Notes: generated by a model not told the origin, from the letters alone. A DNA stretch of 59,520 nucleotides from Nocardioides sp. (GCA_051657765.1 JBOFLH010000671.1:1-59520), one strand, 5' to 3'; positions 38,593 to 47,597 are shown, counted from the first letter of the stretch. Made by a program: numbers and translations.

Positions 38593-39006
38593 ATGGACCA
38601 AGCATTCGGCCTCCTGACCGCCGCTCTGATGCTGACAGCGCTGTACGTGGTTCGTCGGTCACGGCCCCGTTCGCTCGTCTCTGACTTCCCGGCCCGCGAA
38701 AGGCTTCTCGACAAGAAGGCTTTCCCGGACCTCGATATCGAACCCGCGCGGGTCATCGTCAACCTGGGCTTCGTCGCCCTCAGCGCCGTCGCTCTGATCG
38801 CTGTCATGAACCTCGGGATGCCTACGCCCGTCCGCTACTACCTCACCTGGCTACTGCTCGGAGAGGCATTCGCCGGAGCGTTGCTGATCTTGCTGCTGGT
38901 CCTCACCGCCGCCTATGTGCTTCTTCAGCGGTTTATCACGTGCGTGTGCGAGGACGGCGAGGGCTGCATGATCTGCGATGCCGAGCACTTCAAAGGAGAT
39001 TCCTGA
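38593..39006 (+). CDS. Three-TM membrane protein with C-terminal CxC...CxxC
   Basis: Three hydrophobic segments; TCVCEDGEGCMICD. Confidence 0.7.
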   Translation: MDQAFGLLTAALMLTALYVVRRSRPRSLVSDFPARERLLDKKAFPDLDIEPARVIVNLGFVALSAVALIAVMNLGMPTPVRYYLTWLLLGEAFAGALLILLLVLTAAYVLLQRFITCVCEDGEGCMICDAEHFKGDS

Positions 39007-39428
39007 TGCCCATCCAGCGAGCAGCAAGCTTCGCGCCATCAAGGAAGGCCTACGCGATCTGGTGGGACTCCTTCGACACCACCAGCAAGCAAAACGTCCG
39101 CATGGACGGCACCTCCTACATCTGGACCGAATCACAGGTGATGGCGATCTGGGCCGGGCGCAAGCACGGCGAGACCTACGTCTCCTACGGCGTGCTGCGG
39201 GACGTCGGCGCGGACGTCGACCTGGCCACGCCGGAGAGCTTCATGGCGAACTTCGACATCCGCCACGGCGGCGACTGTTGGTGCCGCTGGAACGGCCAAG
39301 ACCTGTGGGCGACAACCTTCACTCCGGAGAACGTCGTGGCGCACTCCAAGATGCTCGACGACGTGCTCCAGAACCTCCCCGAGGTACCCGCGAAGTACGA
39401 CGGCTGGTGCCAGCTGGTGTCCTCGTGA
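39006..39428 (+). CDS. Trp-rich hypothetical protein
   Basis: AAAGGAG RBS; TGATG coupling. Confidence 0.75.
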   Translation: MPIQRAASFAPSRKAYAIWWDSFDTTSKQNVRMDGTSYIWTESQVMAIWAGRKHGETYVSYGVLRDVGADVDLATPESFMANFDIRHGGDCWCRWNGQDLWATTFTPENVVAHSKMLDDVLQNLPEVPAKYDGWCQLVSS

Positions 39429-39994
39429 TCACCGGCGGCTGGACCCAGACCGGTTACCGACAAACGCCGGGGTACGGGGACGTGCCCGACGACTGCCGCT
39501 TCCTCGATCCCGACGGCCAGCTTCGCCCCGAGATCATCACAGACTTAGCCGGCATCGACTTCGTCAAGCGCCACGACTCACTGATCGGGTGCGGCGTGCT
39601 GCTGCCGAGCGGCCCCCGCTCGTTGGTCCACGCAACCTTCCTGAGCGCCGTGCGCGAGTCCCCGCGCCGGGTCGCGATCGTGTACTTCTCCCAGAAGGGG
39701 ATCTGCGCCAACCGCTTTGAGGGGGTGTCGGTCGTCGGCACTACCGATCGGGTTAGGGTCGAGGCGCCGTGGCCGGTCGGCCTGGAGTTGCGTGCGCCGC
39801 TCTCCCCCGAGGACGACGACCTAGACCTGGCTGGGCTGACTTCGGCTGCGCATGTGCATCGGAACCTGCCGAGCCGCGATCGTGCGTTCTGGTCCCCGCT
39901 ATCGAAAATCATCCCCGACGGCCAGCCCGTGAACGAGACGGTGATGCGGCTGACCGCGCTGCTCACCGGCACACCGGGCGGGTCAGGTCCGTGA
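39425..39994 (+). CDS. Hypothetical protein
   Basis: GTGA coupling; C-terminal SPLxxxIPDG...LTGTP motif shared with 41674..41958. Confidence 0.65.
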   Translation: MITGGWTQTGYRQTPGYGDVPDDCRFLDPDGQLRPEIITDLAGIDFVKRHDSLIGCGVLLPSGPRSLVHATFLSAVRESPRRVAIVYFSQKGICANRFEGVSVVGTTDRVRVEAPWPVGLELRAPLSPEDDDLDLAGLTSAAHVHRNLPSRDRAFWSPLSKIIPDGQPVNETVMRLTALLTGTPGGSGP

Positions 39995-40036
39995 GAAGCT
40001 CCGCGCCTGGGCCGAAACCCAGAAAAGGCGTTGGCC

Positions 40037-40153
40037 ATGAGCCAGCCCTGCCTGTGCCTACTCGATTGCCAGGACTGCTCGCTCAGCGGGTACGAGTGGC
40101 ATGTCCACGACGGCGAAGACTGCTCCATGCACCCGGAAGCACTAACGTCCTGA
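40037..40153 (+). CDS. 38-aa Cys/His-rich microprotein
   Basis: MSQPCLCLLDCQDCSLSGYEWHVHDGEDCSMHPEALTS; purine-rich RBS; TGATG coupling to a 45-aa ORF (40153..40290). Confidence 0.55.
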   Translation: MSQPCLCLLDCQDCSLSGYEWHVHDGEDCSMHPEALTS

Positions 40154-40340
40154 TGTCCGACCAACTCGAAGCCGAGATCCTATGGAGCATCCGAGGACCC
40201 TCCGGACACTATTTGGGTGTCCGGCCGCGGGGCATAGTGCCCAGGGAGACCCTGGGGCGAGGGGCTTCAGGGGTGTTCCCCCTCTCATGAAGCGCCCCGC
40301 GGCCGGACTCGACCTCTCCCGCCGAGCCGAGCCGAGCCGG

Positions 40341-40375
40341 GGAGCAGCCTGACTCCAGCCGCACACCTTCATGGC
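40341..40375 (+). promoter_or_regulatory. Class I element promoter (sigma gene)
   Basis: GGAGCA-N12-CCGCA-CACCTT-CATGGC-ATG. Confidence 0.8.
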
Positions 40376-41050
40376 ATGAACCTCCTTCAAGACCGCCCCG
40401 ACATGATCTTCCCGGCGGCCACCGAACAGCCCGACGAGTTCGTTCCCGAGCGTCATTGGCGGTGGCTGGTCAGCCGCGCTCTCGTGCTCGATACCGATTC
40501 CAACCTCTCGCGAGACGACATCGCCCAGGAAGGCCTCATCGCGATGTGGCTGTCCCACGGGAAGTTCAAGCCCGGCAAGGGCACGAGCTACCTCGGCTGG
40601 CTGCACATGGTCGCCGACCGGCGTATGGCCGAGATCGCTTCCGGCCGGAAACAACCCGTCGGCCACCAGCCTGTCCCCGGGCACTGGGAGCCCCGTCACG
40701 GCGAGCGAATGTTCTCCCTTGGCGCCATGGACGAAGGCTCCCCCGCCTACGAGCGGATTGTCGGCCGCGACGCGCTTGACTCGGTCGAGGACGCCTACCA
40801 CCACGGCGTCATTCACGAAGCCCTTGCCCAGCTCCCCCAGGCTGAGCGCGAGTACGTCGTGCTGAGGTTCTGGGGAGGTCTCGAACCACGCGACCGTTCC
40901 CAACGCGGCAGCACTCGCGCCCAACGCGCCGCCTACGACCAGCGGGCAGCTACGGAGCGCGAACTGAGCGGCGGAATCGACCACACACAGTGGCCTCGGA
41001 TCCGGCAGACCCTCGCTGGTGAACTCGCCAACCTGGAGCCCAGCCGATGA
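40376..41050 (+). CDS. Sigma-70 family factor (ECF-sized) with atypical region 4
   Basis: DDIAQEGLIAMW...FKPGKGTSYLGWL (region 2); ALAQLPQAEREYVVLRFW (region 4.1); canonical 4.2 HTH not evident. Confidence 0.8.
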   Translation: MNLLQDRPDMIFPAATEQPDEFVPERHWRWLVSRALVLDTDSNLSRDDIAQEGLIAMWLSHGKFKPGKGTSYLGWLHMVADRRMAEIASGRKQPVGHQPVPGHWEPRHGERMFSLGAMDEGSPAYERIVGRDALDSVEDAYHHGVIHEALAQLPQAEREYVVLRFWGGLEPRDRSQRGSTRAQRAAYDQRAATERELSGGIDHTQWPRIRQTLAGELANLEPSR

Positions 41051-41234
41051 ATTCCCTCTGCACCACCAGCGCCGCCTTCCAGGCTCACCCATGGACCGCG
41101 AGGCTTCGGCCGCACTGTGCCTCCACTCCCCGCCGCGGTCTGGGTAGATGACGGCATCACCGAGCGCGAAACAGGCATTTGTCGCCGGCATCTGGCTCGT
41201 CAACGTGGCGCGCTGAGCCCGGTGCCCTCGTAGC

Positions 41235-41269
41235 CGGACATCCCCGGATCAGCCGCACACCATACGAGC
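41235..41269 (+). promoter_or_regulatory. Class I element promoter (GACA subtype)
   Basis: CGGACA-N12-CCGCA-CACCAT-ACGAGC-ATG. Confidence 0.75.
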
Positions 41270-41677
41270 ATGACCACTTCCCGCGTCACCGCAGGCACAC
41301 CCGACGGCGGCCAGTTCGCCGCCACCCCACGACAAGAGGCCGGAATCAACCTGACCGCTGAACTCCCCGAAGTCCAGCGGCAGCACCTCCGCGACCTCGC
41401 CCCACGAAGACTGGCCGAGCGGAACATCATCACCCTCGACAAGGACCAGGGACCCGCCGATCTGGTCGTCCGCGAAGGCGACGACCTCGTCTTCTACACG
41501 GTCTCCAGCCCGCCGGCCGGCCCTGCATCCCTCACCGGAGGCCGTGCCGACAAGCTCACCGATACTGCCCGTGAATGGCTCGCCCGAACCGGGGTGAAGC
41601 CGGTCCGGGTCCGCGTCGCCATCCTCCACCCCGAGATCGGCTTCGAGGACTGCCGTTACGTCAGGCCGAACTCATGA
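41270..41677 (+). CDS. GGQF-tagged hypothetical protein
   Basis: MTTSRVTAGTPDGGQFAATPRQEAGINL; remainder faintly YraN-like (uncertain). Confidence 0.75.
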   Translation: MTTSRVTAGTPDGGQFAATPRQEAGINLTAELPEVQRQHLRDLAPRRLAERNIITLDKDQGPADLVVREGDDLVFYTVSSPPAGPASLTGGRADKLTDTAREWLARTGVKPVRVRVAILHPEIGFEDCRYVRPNS

Positions 41678-41958
41678 GCGATCTCGCCGAGCGGCTACGC
41701 GAAGCCGCCATCGCCACGCTCCGGGTGCCCACCGAAGACCGCCTCGACTCACCCCTGCGGGCGCTCATCCCCGACGGCCGCATGCCGGATAGTCAGACGC
41801 TGCAAGCGGCCGCCCGTCTCACTGGAACCCCCGTCCGCCTCGGAGGGCGCGGAGCCACGGCCGCGTCCGCGAAGACCCGATCCCACATCCAGCGTTGGGT
41901 CGTCAGAAATGGGCTTCACCGCCGGGGAGCAAACGACGTCGCTCCGGACACCATTTAG
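41674..41958 (+). CDS. Hypothetical protein
   Basis: ATGA coupling; SPLRALIPDG...LTGTP. Confidence 0.6.
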   Translation: MSDLAERLREAAIATLRVPTEDRLDSPLRALIPDGRMPDSQTLQAAARLTGTPVRLGGRGATAASAKTRSHIQRWVVRNGLHRRGANDVAPDTI

Positions 41959-42098
41959 GCGCCTGGTCGTAGGGCATGGTGCTCAGGGAGATCCTGGGAC
42001 GGTGTTGTCTACTTCATTCATGAAACACCCGGCGGCCAGGTCCTCCGCTCCGAGGGAGCGACAGCGACCGACCCCGGGTCGACAGGCCGATAACTGAA

Positions 42099-42270
42099 GC
42101 CTCGCTGCGCTCGGCGGTGGGGGCGGCGTGGGGCGTGGTGTGTCGTGCGTCTCGTTGTGTGGCGTTGCGTTTCGGGGTGTGTCTTTGGGTCTGCTTCCTG
42201 CTTCTGTCTGTGAGCTGCGTTGTGTCCTGCTTGGGTCGCGAAGATGCGTTGTGTGCCGGTGTGTTGCGAT
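42099..42270. other. Putative origin of transfer (oriT) region
   Basis: Non-coding; no A from 42099 to 42212; repeated CGTTG(T/C)GT; upstream of the coupling-protein/relaxase operon. Confidence 0.45.
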
Positions 42271-42391
42271 TCGAAGCCCGCCAGGGCTGAGAAAGTGAGG
42301 CCGGGGACCGGGCCGGGGGCCTTCTGGGGGATTTCCTCGGCCGGCCTGGACGCGCAACCGATCGGTTGTGTGATGGGTATCCCCCAGTGGC

Positions 42392-42411
42392 GTCTACGCA
42401 TATGTATTGAC
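42392..42411 (+). promoter_or_regulatory. Class II element promoter (coupling-protein/relaxase operon)
   Basis: GTCTACGCATATGTATTGAC-ATG. Confidence 0.7.
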
Positions 42412-44877
42412 ATGAGCGATATTCGCGTTTGGAGGCTGTCGCGGACCGCGGAGGCGGACGTGAACCCGTTGAATGTGACCCCGAGGTCGGCTGCGTTCGC
42501 GGCTGCGGTGTCGGGTTTCGAGTCGTCGGTGCTGCTGGTCCACCGCTCGGAGTCGGGCCTGGCGGGGTACCTGGCGACGTCGGGGACGGGCGGTGATTCT
42601 ATGCGGGCCGCGACGAATCTTGCGCATGCGGTGGGCGCGAAGGCCGAGGCCGCCGAGTGGCCGGCGGGGCTGGGTTCGGCTGCGCTGGGCCGGCTGATTT
42701 TCGAGTCGGGTTCGGTGGTGGCGCGGGAGGCGCAAGTGGGGGTGGATCCGGCGGAGGCGGCGCGGGTGTTGGCGACATCGGTACCGGTGGGCTGTTGGGT
42801 GGCGTTGGTGTTGCGTTCTCCGTCGAAGCGGGAGCGGGCACGGCATCAGCGGTGGCTGGCGCACCGATTGTCGGCGACGGTACCGACTCATCATTCGATG
42901 TCGCCGGACGCAGTGTTGATGTCGGTGGTGGCGGGCGGCCCGGACCGGACTTCGGTGCGGTCGGTGTTGGAGGCGACGCGGTCGGCGATGCCGGGGTTCG
43001 ACGTGTTGACGAAGGTGCGGTTTGTGTCTCGGGCCGGCGCGTTTCTGCGGGGGTTGGCGTGGGCTGCGGGGTGGGGTGTGCCGGCGGGGATCTGGTGGTG
43101 GGCTTCGATTCTGCTGGGCCTTCCGGATGCGGTCCGCTGGCCCGGGCTGGTGTTGCCGGCGTTGGCGTTGATGTTGGGTGTTCTGCGGTCGGTCGGGGTG
43201 TTGGGTTCGGTGTGGCGGGGGCTTTCGGCGGGGGCTAGATCGGGCGCGTTCGCGCCGCCGTTGCGGCGGCGTGCTCGACCTCGGAAGCCGCGAACCGAGG
43301 TGACGACGATCGGTCGTGAGCGGTCGGCTCGGGATGGCGATTATCCGCTGCACAAGTCCGCGTTCCAGGTGGGGCCGCAGGTGGCGGTCGGGGTGGTGGC
43401 TCCGCAGGCTGGGGCAGCTTCGGGTGAGGCGGCGACTCGGGACCGGGCGGTGCCGAACGGTGTGCGTCAGCAGATCGGTCCGTTGCTGGGCGGCGGAGTG
43501 GAGCCGGTGTACTTGTCGGCTACGGATTTCGGTGCGTGTGTCGCGCTTGTGGGGAAAGCAGGCAGCGGCAAGAGTGCGCTGTTGCGCTCGCTGTTCGGCT
43601 GGTCGTGTTTCGAGCGGGTTCGCCCCTCGGGCTGGCCGGGTTTCCCCGGTGCGCGGAACGCACTAGTGGCGTTCGAGTCGAAGGGTGGCGGCGTCACCTC
43701 GTATGAGCAGTGGGCTGCTGCGGCCGGCGACCGGACGTTGGTGATCGACGTGGTCGACCCGACGTCGTGGGGCATCGACATCTTCGCGGTTCCGGGGGTT
43801 CCGTCGGATCGGGCGTCGTTCGTGGCGAACGCGATGATGTATGCGTTCCGGGATGGCGCGATCCAGGACAAGAGCTTCGAGACTCTGACTCAGGTGTTCA
43901 CCGCGGCGTTCGCGATCACCCCGGAGGTCGCGGCTCTGGCCGAGGGGGTGCCGGCGGATGCGTCGCCGATGCTGTTGGCGCACCTGTTGCTGGGTGGCCG
44001 TGGGGACGCGATCGGGTCGGCGTTGGCGAACGAGGTGACGGCCGCCGCCGCCCATAGTGGCGCCCCGGATCTGGTGCTCGCGGCCCAAGCGCTGGCCCCG
44101 TTGTACGGCGCGAAGACGGCGACCTCGCGCGGCAACGACACGTCGGCTCCGCGGAACAAGGTCGGCCAGTTGGTGGCGCTGGAGTCGTGGTGGTCGCCGG
44201 GCCGGCGGAAGGTGACGTGGGACCGGGTGCTGCGTGAGCACCGGTCGGTTGTTATCAACACCGGCGGCACTTTCGAGGGCCGGTTGATCGACGACGAGCT
44301 GAGCCAGCAGATGTCCTCGCTGTTGATGTATTCGTTGCAGCATGCGATCCGCCGGGAGTGCTTGGGCTGGCAGGCGCAGGGGCGGTCGGTGTCGGTGTTC
44401 TCCGACGAACTGTCGCTGCTGGCTGGCAGTTCGGAGGCGGTGATCGCGTGGCTGAAGGATCAGGGCCGGGAGTTCGGTGTGCGGGCGTTCTTGGCGACGC
44501 AGCGTCCCGAGCAGTTGCCGCCTCGGTTGCGGTCGGTGCTGTTGAACTTCTCGACGTTGATCTCGTTCATGCAAGACGACGTGGCGACGGCGCGGGAGGT
44601 CGCGGAGAACGTGTCCGCGGACGCCGGGGAGTGGAGCCCGGCGGACATCCTGCACCTGCCTCCGTTCACCGCGGTGGTGAAGACGGTGGTGGCGTTGCGG
44701 CGGCAGCCGGCGTTCACGGTGGCGGTGGGGAACTTCGAGGCCGACCGGGTCGGTTACGGCGAGGCGCAGGGCTACACGGGAGCGCCGTCGGTCGGGCCCG
44801 TGGCGCCTACCCCGGTGGCGCCGATCACCCCGCCGGTTGACGATCCGGGTGACGACTTCAGTCTGGCGGACTGGTGA
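42412..44877 (+). CDS. VirD4/TraD-like type IV coupling protein
   Basis: Two TM segments, GKAGSGKS, FSDE, GREFGV, ATQ, NFSTLISF. Confidence 0.8.
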   Translation: MSDIRVWRLSRTAEADVNPLNVTPRSAAFAAAVSGFESSVLLVHRSESGLAGYLATSGTGGDSMRAATNLAHAVGAKAEAAEWPAGLGSAALGRLIFESGSVVAREAQVGVDPAEAARVLATSVPVGCWVALVLRSPSKRERARHQRWLAHRLSATVPTHHSMSPDAVLMSVVAGGPDRTSVRSVLEATRSAMPGFDVLTKVRFVSRAGAFLRGLAWAAGWGVPAGIWWWASILLGLPDAVRWPGLVLPALALMLGVLRSVGVLGSVWRGLSAGARSGAFAPPLRRRARPRKPRTEVTTIGRERSARDGDYPLHKSAFQVGPQVAVGVVAPQAGAASGEAATRDRAVPNGVRQQIGPLLGGGVEPVYLSATDFGACVALVGKAGSGKSALLRSLFGWSCFERVRPSGWPGFPGARNALVAFESKGGGVTSYEQWAAAAGDRTLVIDVVDPTSWGIDIFAVPGVPSDRASFVANAMMYAFRDGAIQDKSFETLTQVFTAAFAITPEVAALAEGVPADASPMLLAHLLLGGRGDAIGSALANEVTAAAAHSGAPDLVLAAQALAPLYGAKTATSRGNDTSAPRNKVGQLVALESWWSPGRRKVTWDRVLREHRSVVINTGGTFEGRLIDDELSQQMSSLLMYSLQHAIRRECLGWQAQGRSVSVFSDELSLLAGSSEAVIAWLKDQGREFGVRAFLATQRPEQLPPRLRSVLLNFSTLISFMQDDVATAREVAENVSADAGEWSPADILHLPPFTAVVKTVVALRRQPAFTVAVGNFEADRVGYGEAQGYTGAPSVGPVAPTPVAPITPPVDDPGDDFSLADW

Positions 44878-46358
44878 GCACCGTCGAGGCTCCGAAGCGG
44901 GAGCTGCACCCTGCGTTCGTGGCTCGGATGGGCGACGGGAAACGGAGTTCGCCTCGGGAGGAGGTCGACGTCGAGGGGGCCTGGTCGTTGGCCGACTTCG
45001 GCTCCGCCTGCCCGACCCGAGGCCTGGACGCGGGCTCGCGGATGGACCCGTACTGGGATGGCCTGTGGAGCGCCGGCTCGTCGGGTTCCTGGGCCTCAAT
45101 CTCGCTGGCCCGTCAACAGCAAGAGGTCGGCCTGGGCCGGCTACCGAAGGGAATAGACCTGCCGGAGGATGAGGCGTCGGTGATCTTGCGGGATCCGTCA
45201 GGTTGGGCTGACCGCCTGTCGTTGCTGGGTTCGCTGTTCGCGTGGAGGACGATGACTGCCGAGCAGGCCGCCGCGTTCACCGGCGCCCGGCACCTGGCAT
45301 CACCGCGGGACCCTTCGATCGCGGCGTTGTTCTCTTCGGAGATCCTGGACCTCGGGGGTTTCGCCCACGGCCTGTTCAACACCGGGGTGGGCAACCGTGG
45401 CGCGCTATACCGGACGGGCCGGGGCTACGCCTTCGAGCGGAAGCTGATGGACCGTATGACGTGGGCTGAGTGGCTGTCGGTCACCGGCGGGCAGTCGTGG
45501 TCTCCGTCGTCGAGCTACGACCGGCACAACGTGCTGGCCACCGAGCTGGGGTTGCGGACTGCGGAGTTCTGCGAGGTGGGCACGGTGCTCGGGGAGCGGT
45601 TCTCGAACCTCGACCTGTTGGCGGGCTCGGCGATCGGGTTGGCTCCGTTGAGTTCGGCCCGGGCCGCGGACCTGACTGTGGTGCGGCCGGACGGCTTGCG
45701 GGTGGCGTTCGAGGTGACCGCGAGCACCGGAGTGAGCCAGCACTTGTACAAGAAGGTTCGGCGCTGGGCGCAGCTCCTTTCGGAGACTCCGTTCGAGTCG
45801 TCGGGGCTGTCGGTGCTGTTCGTGGTGGCCCAACGGCCCGAGGAGTTGTACGGCAAGAATGCGGGGGCGCCAAGGTCGGCGATGTACCAGGCGATTGCTG
45901 CGGCGTGCCGTGAGTTCCCGGGGTCGTCGCGGGACCGGACTTCGGCGCGGATGGGTGTGGCGACGTGGCGGGAGTGGTTCCCCGCTCGGGGCTTGGTTTC
46001 GGATGCGTTCTTCGGTCTGCGGGCGTGGCGGCCGACCGGTTCCGGCGACGGGTTGTGGGAGCGGGCGGACTTCCTGGATGCGGGATCGGTGGGGTTCGAT
46101 CCGGCCGACCCGGAGGCGATGCGCGCGGTGATCTCGAATGCGGCGATTTTGGGTGGAACCCCGCACTGGCTGCGGGGCCGGGCGGAACCGCCGGAGCTGT
46201 GGCCGCTGCTGTTGAGGCACGCGGAGATGGACTCGATCCCCCAGCCGACGCCGGTGCGCCCGAACCGCAGCCGTGGCGCGACCATGGGCAAGGGCGTCGG
46301 GGCCGCAGGCGACGCGAAACCACCGCCTCGTCTGCTCGGTCTCCCGCGTAGTCGGTAG
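44874..46358 (+). CDS. Replication-relaxation (Replic_Relax/MOB_L-like) relaxase candidate
   Basis: MTAEQ wHTH-like segment, RHNVLATE, RAADL...AFEV (PD-(D/E)XK-like); GTGA-coupled to the coupling protein. Confidence 0.65.
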   Translation: MSTVEAPKRELHPAFVARMGDGKRSSPREEVDVEGAWSLADFGSACPTRGLDAGSRMDPYWDGLWSAGSSGSWASISLARQQQEVGLGRLPKGIDLPEDEASVILRDPSGWADRLSLLGSLFAWRTMTAEQAAAFTGARHLASPRDPSIAALFSSEILDLGGFAHGLFNTGVGNRGALYRTGRGYAFERKLMDRMTWAEWLSVTGGQSWSPSSSYDRHNVLATELGLRTAEFCEVGTVLGERFSNLDLLAGSAIGLAPLSSARAADLTVVRPDGLRVAFEVTASTGVSQHLYKKVRRWAQLLSETPFESSGLSVLFVVAQRPEELYGKNAGAPRSAMYQAIAAACREFPGSSRDRTSARMGVATWREWFPARGLVSDAFFGLRAWRPTGSGDGLWERADFLDAGSVGFDPADPEAMRAVISNAAILGGTPHWLRGRAEPPELWPLLLRHAEMDSIPQPTPVRPNRSRGATMGKGVGAAGDAKPPPRLLGLPRSR

Positions 46359-46404
46359 CCGGTGAGGCCATTGCCAAATAAACGAAGTGCGGGAGGCAAA
46401 GGCG

Positions 46405-47030
46405 ATGGGCAGCATCGAGATCCACCCCGGAGTAGGCGGCGCCGACGCGGCGTTGTTCGCCTCCGACTTGGCCGGCACATTCGGCCGGCACGCCAGCCGC
46501 GAGGTCGAGCGGGGCGTCCGCTCCACGCTGGCTTTCTATCGTCCTTGACCCTAAGTTCCGAGTCCTCGCGGGGCACCCATCGCGTGCAGCGCATTCCCGT
46601 CTCTGAGAAGCGCGGCCGGCGGCATTCCTCAACGGTCGCCGTGGCGTGGCTCGATGACAGAAGCACCAGCGGACCGAGCCGACGTACGGGTCGACACGTT
46701 CCGGGCGTCCGGAGCCGGAGGCCAACACCGCAACAAGACTGACTCCGGGGTGCGGCTTACCCATCTGCCGACCGGCATCGTGGTGGCGGCAACCGCGGAC
46801 CGCTCGCAGCACTGCAACCGGAAGGTCGCCTGGGGCCGGCTGGAAGCGACTGTCGGCGAGCGCATCGGCGGCGTTCCACGAGCACACTAATGAGCGTCGG
46901 GCCGCGGCCTTCGACGCCGAGCGCGGGTGGTCGTGGGTTGGTTGGCGAGACCGGGTCACCGGCCCCCGGTGGGCGCTCGGGTTCGATGACTCGGGCGCTG
47001 GCCGGTCGGCTGGGGCCGCTGCTCGATTGA
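46405..47030 (+). pseudogene. Minimal class I peptide chain release factor homologue, split over several frames
   Basis: IEIHPGVGGADAALFA; [22 protein letters not shown]; [28 protein letters not shown]; RSQHCNR; frame breaks near 46546, 46570, 46665, 46860 and 46965. Confidence 0.8.
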
Positions 47031-47040
47031 TTGCCGCGGG

Positions 47041-47075
47041 GAGACATGCCCTGCTCGGCCGCACACCTTACGAGC
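47041..47075 (+). promoter_or_regulatory. Class I element promoter (GACA subtype)
   Basis: GAGACA-N12-CCGCA-CACCTT-ACGAGC-ATG. Confidence 0.75.
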
Positions 47076-47597
47076 ATGACTACTTCCCGTATCCCGGCCG
47101 GCACCACTGCCGGCGGACAGTTCGCCCCCACCGAGCAGCGGGAGGCCGAGGTTTCGCTGCCGATCGCCGGCTCTCACTGGAGCAACACCGGCTTCGCCAA
47201 GCCGCCGACAGACGTCCTGAGGCCGAGCCTGAACCCGCTTCTCCACCTGCCCCCGGGGCTGGACTCTCTGCGCAGAGCCCTGGAGGCCGAGTACGCCCTA
47301 GCTGAGGACCGCGATGCCGTTCTCGACCGTCGGCTTCCGAGCCTGAGCCCCGAGCGCCGGGCGGAGTACGCGGCCGCGTTCGTCCGTGCGACCGATGCCG
47401 CAACTCGCGCGTGGGAGGTGTCTCACCCGGGCGACCTGCTACCGGACGAGATGGTCAACGAAACCACCATCGACGACATTCACGGCGGCGACCCAGACGA
47501 TGCCTACGACACGCTCCGGGAAGCCATCGCGTTGGACTGGGAGGACTGGCGCAGCCAGTTGGCTGCTCGCGCTGTCGCGGAGAACTACGCCACCTAG
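47076..47597 (+). CDS. GGQF-tagged helical hypothetical protein
   Basis: MTTSRIPAGTTAGGQFAPTEQREAEVSL. Confidence 0.75.
   Translation: MTTSRIPAGTTAGGQFAPTEQREAEVSLPIAGSHWSNTGFAKPPTDVLRPSLNPLLHLPPGLDSLRRALEAEYALAEDRDAVLDRRLPSLSPERRAEYAAAFVRATDAATRAWEVSHPGDLLPDEMVNETTIDDIHGGDPDDAYDTLREAIALDWEDWRSQLAARAVAENYAT

Noticed and set aside
40320-40340. GCCGA tandem repeat
   Set aside because: Only about four units in GC-rich DNA; no function supportable
8726-47064. Many long Arg/Pro/Gly-rich overlapping ORFs (e.g. 8726..9970, 29723..31213, 43663..45099, 45481..47064)
   Set aside because: Shadow frames of real genes in high-GC DNA, with no motifs
46405-47160. GGQF tag as a mimic of the release-factor GGQ loop
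   Set aside because: Only three residues are shared and the flanks differ; adjacency of one tagged gene is not enough evidence
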